Shown: in pieces, positions 14,452 through 38,727 of the stretch
Numbering within the stretch: position 1 is the first letter of the stretch
Layout of the letters: every line of letters starts with the position of its first letter
Source of the DNA: Chrysomallon squamiferum
Lineage: Eukaryota > Animalia > Mollusca
DNA: 64,000 nucleotides
Assembly (NCBI GenBank): GCA_012295275.1
Contig: CM022678.1
Span: 19,096,001-19,160,000, forward strand
Direction of reading: 5' to 3'
Position numbers and translations under genes: made by a program
The notes under the pieces: model-generated
Databases searched by the model: none
What the model saw: the letters and a program-made list of their open reading frames with translations, nothing else
What the model was told of the DNA's origin: nothing

Positions 14452-15673
14452 TAAACACGTACATACATGCATAGACATACATACATACATACATACATAT
14501 ACTTATATATATATATCAAAATATAAGATAAAAGTAAAAAACTGCCTAAAAGATAGATACAAAAATAATTTAGAAAATGGGAAGAAATAATAATAATAAT
14601 AAAATAAAGAAATAAATAAATAAAGAAAGAAAGAAATAAGGAAAGAGAAAGAAAGAAAGAAAATGAAAGACAATTAGGAAAGCTTTGTGATCAGACTGAT
14701 CTTGATTTCGTATCGTATCACATTGAATTCTGTTAGTAGAACTCAGTATTTTATTGTAATAGCAATTTGATAATAAAGTGGACTCCGTCCTGGCGTGATC
14801 GTAGATATAACAAGGAGATGCGCATGAACTTATTTAAATTGTTGTCATCCGACAATGTCATAAGGTTACCTTATTAGGTTACATATTTATATAGCTTTGA
14901 TACTCATTTTCTAGATTTACTGTACCGATTTTTGGAATATCGAAAGGGAAACTACACACCTGATTATATATCAAATTGAAAAGGTAAAGCTATCACAGTT
15001 TTTGACTGCTCGTTAGAAAGTTAAGGAACATCCAGCGAGAACGGGTAAGTTTTATTTTAGTTTTGTTATTACGACCAGATACTGGATACTTAAGTAATCT
15101 TTGATTCATTACTTGTGCATTAAAATATAAAATTCATTCATGAATTGTCCAGTTATATATGTAAGTTAAAACTATCAGGAAATGGTAATGTATAAATACA
15201 CAAGAAGAAAATAACAGAAAATAATAAGTCAAATTTCAGTTTCCGAAGGAACAAGATCACAAAAATCGATGCCTCAGTATTATTATTTTCTTATTTTATT
15301 GTTTTACATTTAAAATCTAGACGCAGGTCATTTCGATTCTTATTCTCTGAAATAAACACTATACAGCGGTCATCCTGAAAATAATGTAAGAAGAAAAAGA
15401 AAATCCTACTAAAAACTGTTTTATAAATATTTGTTACACCTAATTCGCAACATTTATTGATATCTCAGTGATCTAATTTCGCACACCCGTTTCTGTCTCT
15501 CTGATGTTATACACAGGCTGAAAACTGTGCTATTTTTAGCTCATGTAGGCTGATAAAGAAGACAACATGAACTGTTGCACGTACTAGTAAAATTAATTCG
15601 AAACAAGAAATTGATTTATTTATTTTTTTTTATTTTTTGTTAAATCAAACCAAAACAAACAAAAGAAGAAAAA

Positions 15674-15873
15674 NNNNNNNNNNNNNNNNNNNNNNNNNNN
15701 NNNNNNNNNNNNNNNNNNNNNNNNNNNNNNNNNNNNNNNNNNNNNNNNNNNNNNNNNNNNNNNNNNNNNNNNNNNNNNNNNNNNNNNNNNNNNNNNNNNN
15801 NNNNNNNNNNNNNNNNNNNNNNNNNNNNNNNNNNNNNNNNNNNNNNNNNNNNNNNNNNNNNNNNNNNNNNNNN
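15674..15873. other. Assembly gap (200 N)
   Basis: Run of N. Confidence 1.
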
Positions 15874-25500
<9,627 letters not shown>

Positions 25501-26264
25501 GCCTTAAAACATATAATTATTTATTGATTTATTACAGTTTTTGTTGTTATATTTTAACTGTTATTTTGTCATCTTCTGAAAGATTTTTTTTATTTTATGA
25601 GTGCGTTTGTTTAAAAAAAAAAGAAAGATGACTGAATCAGTAACTAAGAATTTTAATCAAACAATCATCTATATATAAGCGACTGAATCAATAATAATAA
25701 TAATAATAAAATAATGATTTAAACTTATCATATTTAGTGTTTTCATCACACGCACATTATCTACATGTTATTAAGACTTTGACCGCTCAAAGTTTTATAC
25801 AGATATACACCCGTTTGTTCTGGTTGTTGCACTTTGATCAATCTTGTTGAAATAAAATCGTAAAACGAAAAATACAGTGAGAAGATTTTCAGATATCTAA
25901 CAATAAGTATTTATTATTAATAAAGGACAAAGTACGAAACTAACTAACATTTAGTAACAGAGGTTGACCACGTCAAGCTTACTTATTTAACTCATGATAT
26001 ATCTCCGGAAAAACGGCGGTCCACTACTTTTTGCGCCTCTCGTGTTAGCAGCCTATCAACGGCGCGAAATCGTTGGTTTCCGGAAAAACGTCGCGAAATC
26101 GTTGGTTTCCGGAAAAACGTCGCGTAATATAAACTTCGTGTTCTGTTAAACAGTCGGGTTTTTCAGAGACCCAAAAGGTTAAACAACCATTGTGTGAGTC
26201 TTCATTTCCAAAAACAACGTGTGTAAGTATAACGTGGCACCAAAACAGACAAAACCAATCATTA

Positions 26265-26315
<51 letters not shown>

Positions 26316-27179
26316 GTATACATGTATGTATGTGTGTATATATGTATGTATAGATAGATAGATAGATAGATAAATACTGACGGTTCGTTTCATAGTAAGC
26401 TAACTTTGATTTAAGTGTGTTTTTCCGATGAGATACTTTACTGTCCATTAAAATCAAGCTATAATTCACGAACAGTTTATTGACTATTAAGAGGTATACA
26501 CTACAAGGAACTGTAATATACAAACACACAAGAAAGAAACTACTCGTAAATCCACGTAAATGTTTTGGGAAACGGGAAGATTTTGGTGGCATCATACAAT
26601 TAGTATGTAGATAAGGGTTAGGCGAAACATTGACTTTTTTGCTTTTTACTTTATTCCTTTTTAAGCATTTTGTTCTGTGACCCAAGCATAGACAGCTACA
26701 ATTGCTCAACATTACAGAAAAAAGAAAAAATCCAACTGCAAACTAATCTATTAATAACTATTACTTCTCCCCGGTGTTCATACTCGCAATGTTTCTTACA
26801 TATTTCTGTGACCTAGATTCACACACCCGTTTCTGTATTATCATACATGGGTTGAGAACGCTCAAGATAGCTGTTGAAACTAATTAAGAGTGTATAATCT
26901 GTAGATGTCGTTGTGTTTTTAGGTTAAAAGTAGAAATACAGTAATGTTCATATTTATTTATCTATTTAGTTTTTTTATTACAATATATATATTTTTTAAT
27001 GTGTTATTTCTATTTCTTTCTCTTTCGATTTCTTTCTTCGTTTTTTATTTATTTATTTTTTATTTTCTATTTATTACTAGTATTTGCTTCTTATCCATGG
27101 CTTTTTAAATGTATGGTGTTCAATACAGATATAAGATTTAGAATATTACTAAAACATTTTATTACATACTTTTAGGAAA

Positions 27180-27246
27180 ATGACTGCGAGAAAAGAGCAA
27201 CGTACAACATCGATAGATACGGATTTTGCCAGGATAAATATTGGTG
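27180..27246 (+). CDS. Copy 2, first coding micro-exon (MTARKEQRTTSIDTDFARINIG + 1 nt)
   Basis: ttttag|GAAAATG, donor GTGAGA at 27247 (alternative in-phase GT at 27244), phase 1. Confidence 0.8.
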
Positions 27247-27403
27247 GTGAGAAATATTAATCAGGATCCGTATTATGTAGAATTACACGTTGATGTTACA
27301 TTATTCTGGTTACTTTTATAAACACGTTATTCTCTCTTTCACATATATCTACATAGAGATATCTACTTAAAAATACTAGCAAACAACCACACACATATAT
27401 AAT

Positions 27404-27502
<99 letters not shown>

Positions 27503-27648
27503 TTCGGTAAAAACAATATATTATCATTACTCATCGTCAGTTTAATAAAAAAAAAAATAAAGAAAAATCGAACTTACATCTTTAGAAAAGACTTTCACTT
27601 CAGACAATTCACATCACTTAATTTTTTTGTTATTATTATTTTTTTCAG

Positions 27649-29794
27649 GTACGGATGAGGATATCGCCTTCGAAAAGAGATTACAATCATTTCCTACTCC
27701 TTTCATCTCACAGATCTCATGTTCTACACAAAAGAGCGCAGAGAAAAACTGCTTAGAAAGTTAGAACACCGGGAAGAAGACGTACCTACTTCAGTGGGAA
27801 ATCAACCAAGTCAAAAGACACACACAAATCGTCACGACAATTTTATTTCGTTCTTGCTGTTTTTACTAGGAGATCGAGAGAAGGCAATCGAGATAAATTT
27901 AAAAGTACGTGATTGCGACCCTACTAACATTGTAGCTCGTGCAAATCGTGTGCGATTTCTGCTAAAACAGGATAAACGTTCTGCTGAATCAGAATTAGAG
28001 GAATTGGAAAACTTGGAGGGAGACCTGGACAGAATGCGTACTGTAGCTGAAGCTGAACTTGCTTCTTGCTACACTCGAATGTCACCAGCTTCTTATCCAA
28101 AGGCTCTGGAGCTGTACAGAAAAGTAAATAAGAAATGTCCAGACGAATTCGAGTGGAAATATCGAGAGGGTCTCACACTTAGACGATCTCTTTCCTTTCA
28201 AAGCTATTCAATTCAGTCAGGTATCGATGTGGTTGAATACGCTGTTAGATGCTGTAAACTGCTACAAGAAGTCAGCAGTAAGGGACCAGAACCACTGAAT
28301 GCCATGGCGTTTGCCGAGCTCGGCGAATTAGCGAAACGGCTTGAATTTGGATGGATGCCATTTGAAGATAGAAAGCTGGTAGAAGTGGTGCAGAAACAGA
28401 TTCGACTGCTTTCGGCTAAGGAATATTTGAATAAAGCTCTTGCTTTAGGCAAAAACAACCCTTTTATACTTGTAAGGTGCGGTATCCATTCCCTAAACAC
28501 AAACCAACTGGATAAGGCTGAGAGTATGTTAGAACAGTCAGTTAGTCGTAGGCGAACAACGAAAGATTTTCATCAGCTGGGAAAGATTCTACGGAAAGAG
28601 GCGAAACGAGAAAATAACCCGGAAACATTAGATCGTGCCATTGACTGTCTAAAGGACGCGGTTCGAATAACGCGAAGCGAAAATTATACTGCAGTTTTAG
28701 ACTTGGCTTTAGCTTACATGAGTAAACAATGCTACGAAGATGCAGAACAGCACTTCAAAATTATAACAGAAAGGGCTAATACTTATACAGATCCATTCCC
28801 AGAAATTAGCGCTTTGAAAAATATGAGTTTTATCTATTTTGATAAAGGTAACAATTGGAGACTTTCTCCAGAGGAAGAGACTCGGCTGAAGAAAGAAGAA
28901 ATGAATTATAAAAGTCTTGCTGTAGAAGCTTCTGCAACAGAAGTACTGTACAAATATCGCACTCATTTTAGAACAGTAACTGATTTGCTGAAACAAACGA
29001 AAGGTCCACGTGGAGTAAAACTACCGTGGCAAGTTAAAGATGTTTACTGTATGATCAGTGAATTCGCCCCTTCTCTTCCGATTTATGAGAAGATTCAGAA
29101 CCGAAATCTGGGATCACAAAACTGGATTGCAATTACAGAGGAATATCTCAACCAACAAAAATACGAAAATGCCAGACTGTGTGTAAGTCTGCTGATGGGT
29201 ACGCAACAAGCTGATGACATTCCTTCCTCTCTTGTCAGTAGAGTTTACCTGAAAACAGCAGAGCAGATCTTATCAAGAGGCGAGTCACCGGGTAGAGCTT
29301 GGTCTTGTTTCAGAAGGATTTTTACGTTCTATTACAAAACGAACAAACAAGATGAAATAAACGGTGCTGATATCATGATTCTGCATGACAAAGACGACGG
29401 GGAAATATCTCAGATTTCAGTGAAGATTCAAAAAATTCTAGAAAACTATACAGGTCTAAAAATCACAAGAAATGATGAACTTGCCTTTGTAGAAATGAAT
29501 GAAATATCTTTCTACCAACAACTGATGCCTCTTATTCGATGCGTTGTCGTAGTTGTTAATTCCGATACGCCAAGCGCACACTGGAAACAGGTCATTGATT
29601 TGGCGATAGCAACTGCTACCAAAAATGAGAAGATGATGATTGTATACTTGAAATCAGGAGAGACTCACGAAATCACTGAACTGAACAATTTCAAAACAGG
29701 AAAAACTCCACCAGACGAAGCAGACGACAAAGCTGCAGTGGACTGGCTGCTGGAAACTTTTCCACTTCTTGTTAATGCTGACGGCAATTTGTAA
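27649..29794 (+). pseudogene. Copy 2, main exon: TPR-TIR-like paralog with a 1-nt frameshift near the 5' end (young pseudogene, null allele or assembly error)
   Basis: Acceptor tttttcag at 27647-27648. The sequence reads tttcctactcc where the other copies read tttcctcactcc (C missing after 27695), so the spliced frame stops at TAG 27762-27764. The 691-aa ORF from ATG 27719 is otherwise intact. Confidence 0.75.
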
Positions 29795-29873
29795 ATTTGA
29801 ACATTTACCGATCTTCACAAGATTTTGAACTGAACTGTATAGATTGTTCGACTTTATTAATGAAAATAATAAT

Positions 29874-29911
<38 letters not shown>

Positions 29912-30259
29912 CAACAACAATAATAATAGTCACATGAAGATGATCGGCAACAAAAACAATTATGCTAATAAATATATTTATATTACGATTCATTCTCCAG
30001 AATGCTTGAACTAGAAATGTTTTCGAGTACTGAATTTTTCAGTTTTAAGAATATGAAACGAAGGTAGGAAAATACGGTGTCTTTCTGAAATCTAAATCTG
30101 TTGTTAGATCGTACCGATATACATATCTTAAAAATTAAATCTACGTATACAGGTTGTACAGACGGTCTACACTTATTTTAATATATTTTTCAATAACTTT
30201 ATGGTTGAAATTAAATTTGTGTAATCTAAATTGTAATATAGGAATCATGGCTTATTTGT

Positions 30260-30425
30260 AATATAATATAATGTAATATAATATAATATAATATAATATA
30301 ATATAATATAATATAATATAATATAATATAATATAATATAATATAACATAAAATAATATAATATAATATAATATAATATAATATAATATAATATTACATA
30401 ACATAATATAATATAATATAATATA
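30260..30425. repeat. (ATATA)n pentanucleotide microsatellite in the putative 3' UTR of copy 2
   Basis: Directly visible; much shorter in the duplicate at ~45290-45345. Confidence 0.9.
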
Positions 30426-30476
30426 TATTTTTGTGTATCTGTCTGTCTATATCTATATATAAAGTAATTATGCTTG

Positions 30477-30482
30477 AATAAA
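30477..30482 (+). terminator. Candidate polyadenylation signal AATAAA, also at 45395-45400 and 52562-52567
   Basis: Conserved context cttgAATAAAatgctg, 0.5-0.7 kb after the stop of three paralogs and followed by T/GT-rich sequence. Confidence 0.5.
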
Positions 30483-30734
30483 ATGCTGATTTAAAGAATC
30501 CTTTTCTGTTTTCATTGTTTTCTGTGAATTGTGTCAATGATAAAATCTTTGTATGCGAATAGTTTTTGGTAATTTTGTAATTTAGAGTTGGAAGTGTAAG
30601 CTGTTTTAGTATATTTTATTAAGAGTTAGAAGTCTTATTTTTATATTACGGGCTTTGTGTGAGGTTACTGTCATCATGTGAAATGCCTACACCAACCTTT
30701 GGACCTTTTCAGTTTCAAGTGTTTTTTAATAATC

Positions 30735-30818
<84 letters not shown>

Positions 30819-31394
30819 GTAATAATGGTAATAATACCAATTATAATATAACGAAGAAGAAATTGAAAACAACAACAACAACAATAACAACAATAATAAA
30901 ATATATTATTAAAAATATAAAACTTAAAGAAAAACTAAGAATTTAAATAGATACATTTGTTTATTACTATAACTATAATTATTATTATTTTATTATTTAA
31001 TGTTTTTACATTTAAGATGAGGATGGAGCTGATTTCGCTGAACAGTGTCTGACTCAGACGCTATGCTAAACATGCTAAACACTACACAGCTTTGATTCCT
31101 CAAAATTTTACAAAAATAAAGAAAAAATCTACTAACAAATATTTCTTATATCTTCTGGGTCTGTTTACTCGCTATATTTATTGCAGATCTCAGTGACCTA
31201 ATTTCATACACCTCTTTCTGTTTCTGTGCTGCTATATATCGGCTCATTAGTTCGCAGTGTTTACTTCACGTAACCTTATAAATGTAAAGAAGGGTACAGA
31301 GCTGTTTGCAATATGTAGTTTAAAAACTAGAGACATTTCATTTATTTATTTGTTTATTGTTCTTTTATGTGACTGAAAAAATCCTTTTCTTCTT

Positions 31395-31425
<31 letters not shown>

Positions 31426-31519
31426 TTATTATTATTATTATTAGTTGAAACCATACCTCTGGAAACGAAAATATTATAAAATAATAATGAAAATAATACT
31501 AATACTAATAATGATGATG

Positions 31520-31583
<64 letters not shown>

Positions 31584-31713
31584 AAAGAAGAAGAAGAAGA
31601 AGAAGAAGAAAATTGATGATTCAGTGCTGACACATTTTTGTTAGGCCTAGAGAAAGTACACTTGAGCCGAAACAGAATATTGGTGAAATACTTTATAACT
31701 TTATTTTAGGATA

Positions 31714-31773
31714 ATGGCTTCGAAAACAGAGCTAAGCACAACGTCATTAGAGGCGGGATTTCAAAGAATAAAG
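31714..31773 (+). pseudogene. Orphan first exon (MASKTELSTTSLEAGFQRIK) with the donor lost, fused to (GA)n
   Basis: ttttag|GATAATG context and clear peptide homology to the other first exons. No GT donor and no main exon downstream. Confidence 0.8.
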
Positions 31774-31774
31774 C

Positions 31775-31805
<31 letters not shown>

Positions 31806-31815
31806 GGAGAGAGAG

Positions 31816-31890
<75 letters not shown>

Positions 31891-33228
31891 CATAATAATA
31901 ACAACAACAACAAGAACAATAACAATAACAACAATTATAAAATATAACAAGAAATATATATAAAATTCAGATAAAAGTAAAAAATAAATTTAGGAATATC
32001 TCACGATCAAACTGATCTCGAAAAATTCAGTTTCATATTGCATTAGCAATTTCATAATAAAATGGACTCTGTCCGGGCATGATATCCTACAGAGCAGGTA
32101 GGTATAATAAGGAGCTGTTGTCGTGAATGTGTTTATATTGTTGTCATGCGACAAGGTCACACACACCTTATATAAATTGTTTATCTACAGTTACTCTGTG
32201 AACTGTTTGAATTTCAATGAGAAAATTAGACACCTGATTTATATAAGTTTGAAAAAATAAAGCTATCGCAGTTTTTGACTGTTCGTTTGAGAGTAAGGAA
32301 CATCCCGTGAGAATGTATAAGTTCGATTTAAATATTTTATTACAGCATTTAGCTAAGAAATAATTTGTCCAAGGTTAATACTGAAGATTTCTACCTGTCT
32401 TTAGTGTAACATGTACGTTTACACAATTGCAATCGTTAACTTTTAGTATTAAAAGAAATACTGCGAGACATGAATAGTTATATATCGATATCAAAGCATC
32501 TAGTTAACATAATCGTTTGTGTCAGGTGAGCATAATGGTTTCGTGGTAAACTACTTAACACTGAGAAATCACGTGACTAACAATGCAGCAGTCTGTTCTG
32601 TTTTCAGGTCAACTCGACATGTCGATAATAAAAAATATTCCAAAACGACAAGACTGGTCGGCCTAAGTAAAAATAAAAGAAGGAAGATTGACGATGTTAC
32701 ATAAGTAAAGACATAAAACTAAATTTAGAAGTTCTTTACTAGCGTGTTGGAATTCACAAACTGAGAAATACTGGACGTCCAGTGATTAGTGTGTTTTTAT
32801 TCTTGCATATAATAGCATTACCATTTCAGAAAGCATTCAATACACACGCTTTATTATTCTTATTCTTATTGTTGTTGTTGTTAGCCGCGAAAACCTTCCG
32901 AGCAACTGACAACCACCCATTATCCGCCCTTGAAGCGAATCCGGATAACGAAACAACTTCATACACAGAGACGGGTAGACGTTTAGTTTGACCTGAAAAA
33001 GAACAATTCTAACATTTTATTCAGATATACACAATACTCAAAGTTTATGTTATTCTATTTCTAACTGCACGAAAATTAATGTATTGATATGAACTATTAT
33101 AAAATAGGTAAACGAAACAGCAGATTAAAAATGCTGTTTGCCTCAATAAAAGAAACTTACGAATCTGGATCGTAAAGTTTGTTAATCGAAGCTTTAATAG
33201 AATGATAATAGTAGTAATATAATAGTTG

Positions 33229-33292
<64 letters not shown>

Positions 33293-36200
33293 TAACAATA
33301 ATAATAACAATAATGAGAATAATAACTATAAAATAAAGAAGAAGAAGAAGAAGAAAAAGAAGAAAATTACTAAGACTTCCTTGTCAAACTGATATCGTTT
33401 TCCAGATAAATATTTCAAAATCTAAAATATATTAAATATATTTACTTCTGTCATTAGAACTCAGTATTTCACTGTATTAGTTATTTTAAAATAAAACAGA
33501 CTGTCCTGGCGGGCATGTGCACATAATAAGGGGTTATAGTGATGAATGTGTTTATACTGTTATCACACAAGAAGGTCATGATGTGTAATTTACAAATACA
33601 CAAGAAGAAAATAATAATATGGAAGATCTCTGAGCTTGATAACGTATAAAGCACATAGATATAGCAAAGCTATGTGGTTATGAATGTGTTTATATTTTTG
33701 TCACGCAACACGGTTATTACATTGCGTTATTAGGTGACCTCCCTTATATAGCGTTCACATTGATTATCTAGTTTTATTGTATCGATTCTTGGAATTTCAA
33801 TAAGTAAAGTCGAAACCTGATATATATATATATATAATTGAAAAGGTAAAGCTATCACAGTGTTTGACTCTTCGTTTCAGAGTAAGGAACACCCTGCGAG
33901 AACGTGTAAGTTTGATTTAAGTTTTGATTTAAAATATGAAGTATGATTTATGAATTATCTACAAAGTTATTTGTACCATAAATAGTAATATATAAATAAA
34001 AAGAAGCAAATAACACAACATAGTAAGTCAAATTTGAGAAAGGAGAAGATGACATAGATCGATGCGAAGGTTTACTGAAACAAACAGGATTTTGATAGAC
34101 TAATGAAAATCACGATTTTCTGAAGCCTGAGGGAAAAACATTTTTATTATTAATATAATTATTATTTTTTTATTTATTTGTTTTACATATATAATCTAGA
34201 CGCAGGTCATTTCGATAATTACTCTCTGAAACAAGAACTCTACAGCTCTGATTAGCATATCGAATTTCTAAATATGTTCATTCATCCAGCTGAAGGAACG
34301 TAAACTTTGAGACAAGATCTCGTAAATTGGCGGGAAACTTGTTTTATTATTTTTTTTTTAAGGTTAGAACAATGGCAAAAGAAAATAAATAAATTAACTA
34401 ATAGTTTACTCATTACTTGTGCATTAAATCATATCTATGATTCACGAATAGTTAGCTGATTTATACGTAATAACTACCTACAAGCAAGTGTAATATGAAA
34501 ATACCAAGAAACAATAACCTAACACATTAACTGAACATTCAACCTTATCTCAGAAACATGTAAATCTATGAGAAGTCTTTGTAACCATTAAAATTGTGAT
34601 AGCCTTATAAAAATTTGTATTATATAAAGGGAAAAATAATTGCTTTTTTCTTTCTTTTTTCTTTTCTCTTTTGTTTTTGAATTATTTGTGAATTTGTATA
34701 TAATTTAATTTAAAATTTTGAAGCAGGCCATTTTGTTTATTATTCTCTGGCCTAAACATTACACAGCTGTGATTACTCAAATTTATACAAATAGAAATAG
34801 AAAACTTTGCCACTACAAACTGCTTTATAAATATCCCATACATCTTATTAGTCTCTGGCACATTTCTTGCACATTTCAATGTTCTAATTTCACACACTCG
34901 TTTCTCTTTCTGTATTGTTATATAAAAGGCTCATAGTTGTGATAGTTTTAATTCATACAGGCTGATCAAAGCCAATAGCATGAAGAATATTTGAGAGTCC
35001 TACTGTTATTAGATTAAAAAGTAGAAATGTAGGTTAGGATTATTTCATGCGAGCGAAACTGACGTGAACTATGAAAATCTAATAATTTTATTTTGTTTTA
35101 GTTATTATTACCCTTCTGCTTATCCTCATCTGGTTATTATTATTATTATTGTTGTTGTTGTTGTTGTTGATCTTGTTGTTGTTATTGTTCTTGTTGTTGT
35201 TGTTATTTCTTTGGAAACCGTTTACGCACAGTAGACGTGGTATTTTTTGAATGTGTTCGTTGAACCGAATATTTGCCCTACATCTCTAATTCCACGAAAA
35301 TTAGTCACGAGTACTTTCATTTCTTTTAAATCAGTTTCGCGAAATTTCGTAGCTAAATTATGTAAATATAGACAGTTAGCTTTATTTTTTAGTATTTCAT
35401 ATAACATTTGTATATGCGTTGATTAATTCAGTATCTAGATACACAAGAAAAAAAAAATCGCTGGACGAATGTTCATCTTATTTTTTTCTAATTCCATGAA
35501 AATTACTAATTCGTTGTTTCAGTTTGCTTAGTCCCGTTCGCTAAATTGCTAAATTTCGTACAAAATAATATTTAAGTTTGTATAAAAATATACATCAATT
35601 TCCTTTTGACATATAAAAGTTATTACTAGAAAGAATTATAATAAAAATAACACAAAGCGTTAAATAAAAATTCAGCATAGCTCAGAAAATACCACGTCTT
35701 TTAAATGGACGGGAATTATTTTTTAAATCACTAATATAGAGAGGGCGAAAGTCTCATTTCTCTGAAGAAGATTGAAAAAAGGAAAAGAAACAGAAAATTA
35801 ACGAATAATAATAATAATAATAATAATAAAAATCATCATTATCATCATTATCAACATCATCATAATAAACGCGTTCATGAATTTGATATAGCTTTCCCGA
35901 TAAGAATGTTTTCTTTAATATTTAAACCTACTCATTACGATTACCTTATTAGGAAACATTCCTTATATGGCTTTTGGTGATTTTCTCCTGCTGTAGAAGC
36001 GATTCTTGGAATTTAAAAAGGACAGAAGAAAGTAGTCGCTTACATAACACTGACGGTTAATTTCGGATTTAGGGACATCCAGAGAGAACATGGAAGTTTC
36101 ATTTACGATATGTTTTCGATCATATGCTTTAAATTTACCTAACAGAATGTCCATTAAATTATAAAATATAATTAACGAATAATTTATTGATATATAAGAA

Positions 36201-36706
36201 CTACTGCGACAGCTACAAGGACGTATAATACGCTAAGATACATGAATTAAACAGCACAAGAAATTAAATTAAAATCAGTTTGGCTCATAAGTAATAAGAT
36301 CACGTAAATCGATCAGAAAACTTTTTGGAAACAGCAAGATTTTGGTGGGCAAATAAAATTTAATATTTATATCAGAGCAAGACGTACATTTTCTTCGTTA
36401 CTTTTTTATTTCATTAATTATTTTCTTTTTTGTATTATTACTTTTTAAAATATAGACGCATGTCATTTCTTAGATTATTATCTGACTCAAACACTACACA
36501 GCTCTGAATCCTCGAAACAGTACAAATAGAAAAAAAAATATCCACTATAAACTGCTTTACAAATATTTATTACATGTTAATGGACTCTTTACTCGATTTG
36601 CTTGTTGCGTTTTCAGTGACCTAATTTCACACACCCGTCACTGTTTCTGTATTGTTATATATCAGCTGATAGTCAAATAGGTGACTCATGTCAGCTGACA
36701 CAAGTG

Positions 36707-36906
36707 NNNNNNNNNNNNNNNNNNNNNNNNNNNNNNNNNNNNNNNNNNNNNNNNNNNNNNNNNNNNNNNNNNNNNNNNNNNNNNNNNNNNNNNNNNNNNN
36801 NNNNNNNNNNNNNNNNNNNNNNNNNNNNNNNNNNNNNNNNNNNNNNNNNNNNNNNNNNNNNNNNNNNNNNNNNNNNNNNNNNNNNNNNNNNNNNNNNNNN
36901 NNNNNN
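36707..36906. other. Assembly gap (200 N)
   Basis: Run of N. Confidence 1.
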
Positions 36907-37780
36907 ATTTTCTATTTTTCTTACGTACAATCAGTAGACTTGCTATTTCTAAACGTGTTCACTGAAACGAATATATGTATGTGGCTCGTTTTTCTAATTC
37001 CACGAAAATTAGTCACATGTGCTCTGACTTTGTGTAATCACGTTCGCGAAAATTAATAGTTAAATTACGTAGAAAATAAATATATAAAGTTACCATTAAA
37101 ATATTGATTTCACATCCCATTTCTAAATACGTTCATTCATTCAGCATCTAGTTACACAAACCTGATACATTCCACGAAAATTACTGATGCGTGGTGTCAC
37201 TTTATTTAACCACCTTTACTAAATAACAAAATTTCGAGTTAGAATTAAAAGAAATATATCTTATTCAGAATTTTATTTAGTTTTATATCTCTGCAGATTA
37301 CAACACTGAGAAGAAAAACAGATGATGATGATGATGATGATGATGATGATAATAATAATAATAATAATAATAATAGTAGTAGTAGTAATTATAACAATAA
37401 TAATGTCACATCCAGTTTTCTCTGGCATTCCAAATAATATTTTCTTTAGTATTTAAACTTAAACGGAATAATACAGTATTAGGAGTATTTAAATAATGGG
37501 AAGGTAAATATTTTTCTTTTAATTATTATTATTTTTCTGCATTATTAAATATAGTTGATATAGTTTAACTTGTGCATAAAAATATAAAATTCATTCATTA
37601 TATATTCAAGTTATAACCACCAGGAAATGTAATGTACAAATACACAAGAAGCAAATAACACAAACTTCATCTTAGTTCAGAAAAGACAAGTTCACATAAA
37701 TTGATGCGAAGGTTTTCTGAAAGAAATAGAATTTTCACACCCTACTGATAATTACGATTTATAGAAGCGTGCGGGAAAAA

Positions 37781-37822
<42 letters not shown>

Positions 37823-38691
37823 CATTACTTTTTATTTTTTTTATTTTTTCTTACTTTCAAAATCGATTCTTATTCAGCGCGCGCTACTGGACTCTCCATG
37901 GTTTGACTTTGGAAACTTGCCAAAAAGGTATGTCGCAGTGTTGTCAAAAGGTGTCGCCACTGTATTGAAGTTCAAGGTAGACATTTTGAACAATTGTAAA
38001 AACTAAATACAGAGATTAAATTTGTTGTTTTTAATTTTATTTAAGTTTCCGGATCGGTTACGTTAGGGACACACTGTATTTCTCACATCCTCACTGGTCT
38101 CTTTACTCGCTATAGCTCTTCATATTTCAATGACCTAGTTTCGCACACCCGTTTGTGTTTCTGTATTGTTATAGACCGGCTGATGGCTGTGATATTTTGA
38201 TTCTTCTTTTTCTTCTTCTTCTTCTTCTTCTTCTTCTACTTCTTTTTCTTCTTATTATTATGATTATTATTATTTGCTGTAAACAGTTTTCACACAGTAG
38301 ACATGGCAGTTCTCGATGTTTTCATTGATGCCAATATTTATCGTATTTCTCAAATTTCACGAGAATTAGTCACGTGTGCTTTGACTTTGTTTAATCACCT
38401 TCGCGAAATTAATAGTGAAATTATACACAAAACAAATATATAAATTTAGCATTAAATTTGATATGTGACATCGCATTTCTAAATATGTTCATTCATCCAG
38501 TATCACAAGTCACATAAATTCGCGGAACGAACGTAAACCTCATCTTCTACTTCCACGGAATTTCTAATGCGTAAATTCAGTTTGTTTAATCACGTTTACT
38601 AAATAAATAAATTTAGTGGAAAATACTGTTAGCATTAAAACAAAATCTTATGAACATTATTATTATTAATATTATTATTACTATTATTATT

Positions 38692-38727
<36 letters not shown>

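Noticed and set aside
26179-26712. 177-aa minus-strand ORF duplicated at 41222..41680
   Set aside because: Non-ATG start, includes microsatellite, lies over degenerate repeat modules, and is conserved only because of the recent duplication.
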